64,000 bases of DNA, from the NCBI GenBank assembly GCA_963782525.1, contig CAWAKC010000001.1, positions 192,001 through 256,000 of the forward strand, in the 5' to 3' direction. Position numbers and translations under genes: made by a program. The first letter of the stretch is position 1. Every line of letters starts with the position of its first letter. Below are positions 59,765-64,000 of this stretch, piece after piece. The notes below the pieces were generated by a model. It ran no database searches. It was not told where the DNA came from and worked only from the letters and a program-made list of their open reading frames with translations. The stretch comes from Candidatus Bathyarchaeota archaeon (GTDB lineage Archaea; Thermoproteota; Bathyarchaeia; Bathyarchaeales; Bathycorpusculaceae).

Positions 59765-60790
59765 TCACCTTACCCTTCTTGGTGCTCCACCAAAACGCCT
59801 TCCTGGACCCTGCTGCATCGGAATTTTTTCAGTAGCACTATCCCTCACTTCGTGACCGGTAATATGCAAGAATACGTCCTCAAGCGAAGGCTGCAGGTTT
59901 GCCATGGAAGTGATTTTCCCGTTTTTGGTTCGGACAGTATCGATTATGTTGTCAAAGGCATCTTCCCCATGAACAATGAGATGTACACTTGTTGAGTTTT
60001 CTTGGGTTACAGCGTCTGCGCATTTGAGTGCTTTTATTGAGGCTACTAAATCAGGTGTTAGGTTTGCGATTTCAAGTTTAATAATCATAGTGTCTCCTCC
60101 TGAAATTATCTTTTTAAGGTTAGTTGAAGTATCTAGGGCTATGATTTTTCCATGGTCAACGATGGCTATGCGGTCACATAACAAGTCCGCATCAACCATC
60201 ATATGAGTGGTTATTATAACAGTAGTTCCCTGTTCCTGATTGAGTTTCTTAACAAAATCCCTAATTTCGACCGAAGACTGGGGATCTAAACCTAATGTGG
60301 GTTCGTCTAGGAACAGTACTTGTGGCATGTTGAGTAAAGCACGCACTACGTTCATTCTTTGGCGCATACCTGTCGAAAAAGTACCTACTTGAGCATTCTT
60401 CCATTTGGTGAGTTGGACGAGTTCGAGTAATTCGTCGATTCGCTTGTTTAGGGTGTCTTTGGGGATGTTGAAGAGGCTGCCGAAGAACCAGAGGTTCTCT
60501 TTAGCGGTTAGGCGGTTGTAGATTATCATTTTTTCTGAGACTATGCCGATTAGTTTGCGGACGTCCATGTCGTTTTTGACGGTGTCGTATCCACCTATGG
60601 TGGCTGTTCCTTTTGTGGGTCTTGACAGGGTGGAGAGCATACGCAGAGTAGTGCTTTTGCCTGCTCCGTTTGGGCCTAGTAATCCGAAGATTTCGCCTTT
60701 TTTTACATCGAAGGATATGTCATCTACCGCGGTGAATTTGTTGAACATCTTTGTTAGATGATTTACTTCGATGATGGATTCGTTTGCCAT
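59765..60790 (-). CDS. ABC exporter ATP-binding protein (DrrA-like)
   Basis: GPNGAGKST, FSTGM, LDEPT, PSLEDVF. Confidence 0.95.
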   Translation of the reverse strand: MANESIIEVNHLTKMFNKFTAVDDISFDVKKGEIFGLLGPNGAGKSTTLRMLSTLSRPTKGTATIGGYDTVKNDMDVRKLIGIVSEKMIIYNRLTAKENLWFFGSLFNIPKDTLNKRIDELLELVQLTKWKNAQVGTFSTGMRQRMNVVRALLNMPQVLFLDEPTLGLDPQSSVEIRDFVKKLNQEQGTTVIITTHMMVDADLLCDRIAIVDHGKIIALDTSTNLKKIISGGDTMIIKLEIANLTPDLVASIKALKCADAVTQENSTSVHLIVHGEDAFDNIIDTVRTKNGKITSMANLQPSLEDVFLHITGHEVRDSATEKIPMQQGPGRRFGGAPRRVR

Positions 60791-60808
60791 TTTGGGTCCT
60801 CGTTAATT

Positions 60809-60868
60809 TGCAATATTATTCAGTGCAATATATAGCGGTAAAATATAAGTATTACCCATATACAATAT
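60809..60868. promoter_or_regulatory. Divergent promoter with TRCAATAT repeats (possible PadR sites)
   Basis: TGCAATAT at 60809 and 60824, TACAATAT at 60861. Confidence 0.35.
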
Positions 60869-61463
60869 GTTCCGAACCAAGATGCCGTCAGAAAACGAAG
60901 AAACGACCACATCCAACTGGATGAAAGAAGCCCAGAAAGGCTACATACGCATGGGCGTCCTTATCTTACTCAACAAAAAACCCAGTCACGGCTACGAAAT
61001 CATGAAAGAAATAAACAGCCGCACCAAAGGCTTTTGGCAACCAACCGCAGGCGGCGTCTACCCCATCTTGCGCGACCTCGAAAAGTCAGGATACATAAAA
61101 GGGCACTGGGAAACACAGAAAAACCGAAGATTGAAAGTGTACAAAATTACCCAGTCAGGCGAACTCATCCTAAGACACGCAATCGTAAAACAAACGGAAA
61201 TTTTCAATAACATCGGTGTTCTGTTCCGCGAGTTTTCCCGAGATGTTCTCAAAGTCGAAGCCACTGACAGTTCTATGCCGTCTATTCCTTCTCCTTTTAC
61301 GGCTTTCCTCGAGGAAGAAGTTGACGCAGACAAAAACCTCACACAACTTGAGCACCAAAGAAAACATATGCGTGAAACTGTGAAGGGGATGCAGGAACGA
61401 CTAAAACTGATTGATAAACGAATTGCGGGACTTAAGAAAGAAACTAAGACAGATTCCACCTGA
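60867..61463 (+). CDS. PadR-family transcriptional regulator
   Basis: HGYEIM...GGVYPILRDLEKSG...KVYKITQSG. Confidence 0.92.
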   Translation: MFRTKMPSENEETTTSNWMKEAQKGYIRMGVLILLNKKPSHGYEIMKEINSRTKGFWQPTAGGVYPILRDLEKSGYIKGHWETQKNRRLKVYKITQSGELILRHAIVKQTEIFNNIGVLFREFSRDVLKVEATDSSMPSIPSPFTAFLEEEVDADKNLTQLEHQRKHMRETVKGMQERLKLIDKRIAGLKKETKTDST

Positions 61464-61586
61464 AAAAACATTTAGTTTTTTAAATTAGAAAACTCAACCA
61501 CGCTTTTTTGGGCGAAACGGTTTGGCGGTTGGTGTAAAGAATTAAATCTGTGACTGTCTAATGTTTTAGGAGAGAGTGAAGATAGC

Positions 61587-61910
61587 TTGTTTCGTGTTAG
61601 AGTCAACAAAATCGAATCTACCCGCGACTTAGACGGTAACCTTGGAAAAAGAATCGAACTGCTCGAAGAACGCGAAGTTAACCCATACATAGTAAGACCC
61701 CAATCTGACGAAGCCAAGATGGCGCAGGATATTATGCAGGCGCTTCAAACACAGATGCCATTTCTGCCTCAGCGCACTCAAATGGCGACGCCGAAAATAA
61801 TTCTGTTCTTAACCGAACAAGAATACGATAACTTGGGCATAACCTTCGATGTAAACCAGGTTTACGAGGTTGCCCTCGAGAACCAAGCAATTCGTTTTAG
61901 GAAAGTTTGA
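61587..61910 (+). CDS. Arcadin-1-like protein
   Basis: RIELLEERE...QMPF...PKIILFLTEQEY..LG..FDVNQVYEV.LEN.AI resembles recalled Pyrobaculum arcadin-1 over its full length. Confidence 0.72.
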   Translation: MFRVRVNKIESTRDLDGNLGKRIELLEEREVNPYIVRPQSDEAKMAQDIMQALQTQMPFLPQRTQMATPKIILFLTEQEYDNLGITFDVNQVYEVALENQAIRFRKV

Positions 61911-62244
61911 GAAGTTCACTTCTCATTCCTTTAAGCACTGAATGCTTGGGATGAAACGAAAGAACAAACATCATGTTCCTGATTTTATCGCTTATTTCTG
62001 CTAACCCGGACATTTTGCCTTCATCACAATAGAGCGGTATGGGTTCGCCGGCATTCTCTTCGTAGTAGACGTAGATGGGTGAAGGTGCCCTGTCGATTCG
62101 AACCATCTCAAAATCTAAATTCAAACGTTTAGCAGTTTCTTTTGCAGCTGTCCTTACTGATTCAAGCCGTTTCCCGCTTGGAAGCCCGGTTGAGGCATAA
62201 ACCATCAGTTTTCCACAGTTTTCTTTAAACATGCTAATCATCAT
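61897..62244 (-). CDS. Hypothetical protein
   Basis: Protein-like 115-aa ORF with GGGGAG SD; no family recognised. Confidence 0.7.
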   Translation of the reverse strand: MMISMFKENCGKLMVYASTGLPSGKRLESVRTAAKETAKRLNLDFEMVRIDRAPSPIYVYYEENAGEPIPLYCDEGKMSGLAEISDKIRNMMFVLSFHPKHSVLKGMRSELLKLS

Positions 62245-62418
62245 GCTCCCCTATCGTTGAAATCTCTTTTAAAACACTCTCGGCAACGACGGTTTCTGTC
62301 AGCGGAGGGTTCAGTGAAAGTGAACCCTTTGTACGCATGGATTGTTGCTGTGCAAGGGCAATCACAACGACTTAAATTCCAATTAAAAGCACCGTTATTA
62401 TGTAGAGGTGAAAAATAA

Positions 62419-62844
62419 ATGGCGATTGGCGAAAAACTATGGGAAGGTAAAGGCAAAAGTGGAGCAAGCTTCATAAAATCAGTTGGAATGGAAGGCGTAA
62501 CTTCGATGTACACGTGGACGGCTCAAATGAAAGGCATGGGGAAAGCTAAGGGCGTAGACTGCAACCTAAACGTGACGGGCAAAAGCATGACTCCTCCCAA
62601 AGGGTTAGCAGCATCAATGGACCAAGGCATGCTTATGACTATGACAGGGGATATGGCCGTGTTAAAAGGCTTTGATCTCATGAAGATGGTACCCGGCAAA
62701 AACCCTTCAAGCGTTGGTTTGTGGAGTTTCATGACTATGTCTGAGAAGCTGGGTTGGCTAAACGAAACAATTGCTCTAGTTACTTTTGAAGCGGCTGACC
62801 CAATGTGGATGGAAATGAACATTACAATCTGGGAATGGAAGTAG
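62419..62844 (+). CDS. Hypothetical Met/Gly-rich protein
   Basis: GAGGTG SD; 141 aa ending IWEWK. Confidence 0.75.
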   Translation: MAIGEKLWEGKGKSGASFIKSVGMEGVTSMYTWTAQMKGMGKAKGVDCNLNVTGKSMTPPKGLAASMDQGMLMTMTGDMAVLKGFDLMKMVPGKNPSSVGLWSFMTMSEKLGWLNETIALVTFEAADPMWMEMNITIWEWK

Positions 62845-62853
62845 GCTGAATTT

Positions 62854-63312
62854 ATGCAAGAACACGAAACATGGAAGATGCCTGATTGGTGGTGCCGAAA
62901 CGAAAAACCAGCTAATGACAACGTTTATTTTGAGAAGATGTGCAGAGTGATTTTTCAAGCAGGTTTAAACTGGCAAGTCATCGACGGCAAATGGGCAACC
63001 ACAAAGAAGGCTTTTGCAAATTTTGACATCCAAGAAGTAGCTTGCTTTACAGACTCAGACGTTCAAAGACTCCTGCTTGACCCAGGGATAGTTCGCAACA
63101 AAGGCAAAATCAAAGCCATAATCCAGAACGCACAGAACTTTGTAGCCATCGAAAAACGTTACGGGTCATTCCAAAAATACATAGACAGCTTAGACAAATC
63201 CGACAACTACGCAAATGCAACCAAAGAGTTGGTCAACAGCTTCAAGTGGTTAGGTTCACCTTCCGCAAGTCTTTTCTTGTATACCGTGGGCGAAAAAATC
63301 GAGCCATGGTAA
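62854..63312 (+). CDS. tag: DNA-3-methyladenine glycosylase I family
   Basis: FQAGLNW, AFANFD, GIVRNKGKIKAIIQNA, FKWLG. Confidence 0.85.
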   Translation: MQEHETWKMPDWWCRNEKPANDNVYFEKMCRVIFQAGLNWQVIDGKWATTKKAFANFDIQEVACFTDSDVQRLLLDPGIVRNKGKIKAIIQNAQNFVAIEKRYGSFQKYIDSLDKSDNYANATKELVNSFKWLGSPSASLFLYTVGEKIEPW

Positions 63313-63380
63313 AAACACCTTTTCCTTTTTTGTTAAAATTATATTTTTAAAGATAAACTTCTATCTTAACCTGAGAAAAA

Positions 63381-63656
63381 ATGGTAAACGTTAGAGCACA
63401 CATTTTTGTCAGTGGCAGAGTTCAGGGTGTTTTCTTTAGGCAAAGCACTCAACTGCAAGCTCAAAACTCAGGTGTTAAAGGTTGGGCAAGAAACTTATCG
63501 GATGGAAGAGTGGAAGCTGTTTTTGAAGGCGACAAATCAGCCGTCCAGAAGTTAGTTGATTATTGCTGGCATGGCCCCCTCGCTGCAAAAGTAGAAAACA
63601 TTGAAATTAACTATGAATTGTACAAGGGCGAATTTTCAGGTTTTGAAACATTCTAG
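63381..63656 (+). CDS. acyP: Acylphosphatase
   Basis: SGRVQGVFFR, GWARNLSDGRVE, GPLAA. Confidence 0.95.
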   Translation: MVNVRAHIFVSGRVQGVFFRQSTQLQAQNSGVKGWARNLSDGRVEAVFEGDKSAVQKLVDYCWHGPLAAKVENIEINYELYKGEFSGFETF

Positions 63657-63657
63657 C

Positions 63658-63999
63658 CTAAGCTTTTTTCTTGGGCACCCTAAAATGTGAATCTTTTCCA
63701 GCGCTAATGTATTCGCCTCCCATTCCGCGCACTGCTGAAGCGATTTTAGCAAAGTTTTCGGAACCCAGAAACTGTTTGGGTTTAATTATGATGTAATCTC
63801 CTTTTTCGTCGAAGCTCAGGCGGCTTTCGAGTTCTTCTGGGAACGACATGCGGATGTCGTCGAGGGTTCTCATCTTCGAGGATTCACGCGGCGCAATTGT
63901 CGGTGGTTGTGCAATTGGGGCTTGGGGTGCTGGCGAGCGGGCGGGAGGCTGAGTGATCTGCCCTACTGCAAGAGACTTCAGGGATGCGGAAACTGAACG
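63658..63999 (-). CDS. Hypothetical protein, C-terminal part
   Basis: Frame open to window edge: Pro-rich linker then FPEELE...FLGSENFAKI...GGEYISAGKDSHFRVP. Confidence 0.7.
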   Translation of the reverse strand, partial: RSVSASLKSLAVGQITQPPARSPAPQAPIAQPPTIAPRESSKMRTLDDIRMSFPEELESRLSFDEKGDYIIIKPKQFLGSENFAKIASAVRGMGGEYISAGKDSHFRVPKKKA

Positions 64000-64000
64000 G

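Noticed and set aside
62241-62513. 90-aa Cys-containing minus-strand ORF
   Set aside because: Overlaps the SD-supported plus-strand gene at 62419 and the structured element; no family recognised

Overview
Archaeal chromosome segment, most likely TACK/Bathyarchaeia. That taxonomy is inferred from archaeal r-proteins, TATA/BRE promoters, a BHB tRNA intron, an arcadin-1 homolog and the aroA'/aroB' pathway. Left to right: secY and a ribosomal protein cluster (uL22 to uL15) interrupted by an Hsp20 gene and a pseudogene; hypE and hypFCD; an acyl-CoA ligase; tRNA-Met with a 45/46 intron; Hsp20; RPA; an unexplained array of ~44-bp palindromic repeats carrying an IS110 element; cimA, ilvD, ilvBN and leuCDBA-pheA; an 11-gene aspartate kinase/aromatic amino acid operon; AOR; proS; an ABC exporter with PadR; arcadin-1, tag and acylphosphatase. 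The strongest novel signal is an unannotated 28-aa Tyr/Phe-rich leader peptide (MLNAKNKINITASLFPSFDYYFYYYHFP, 54591-54677). It abuts an 11-bp hairpin next to the Shine-Dalgarno of the aromatic operon and is a candidate for ribosome-mediated attenuation in an archaeon. A possible Ile/Val counterpart lies before ilvB. Family assignments rest on motif recognition only; no searches were run.
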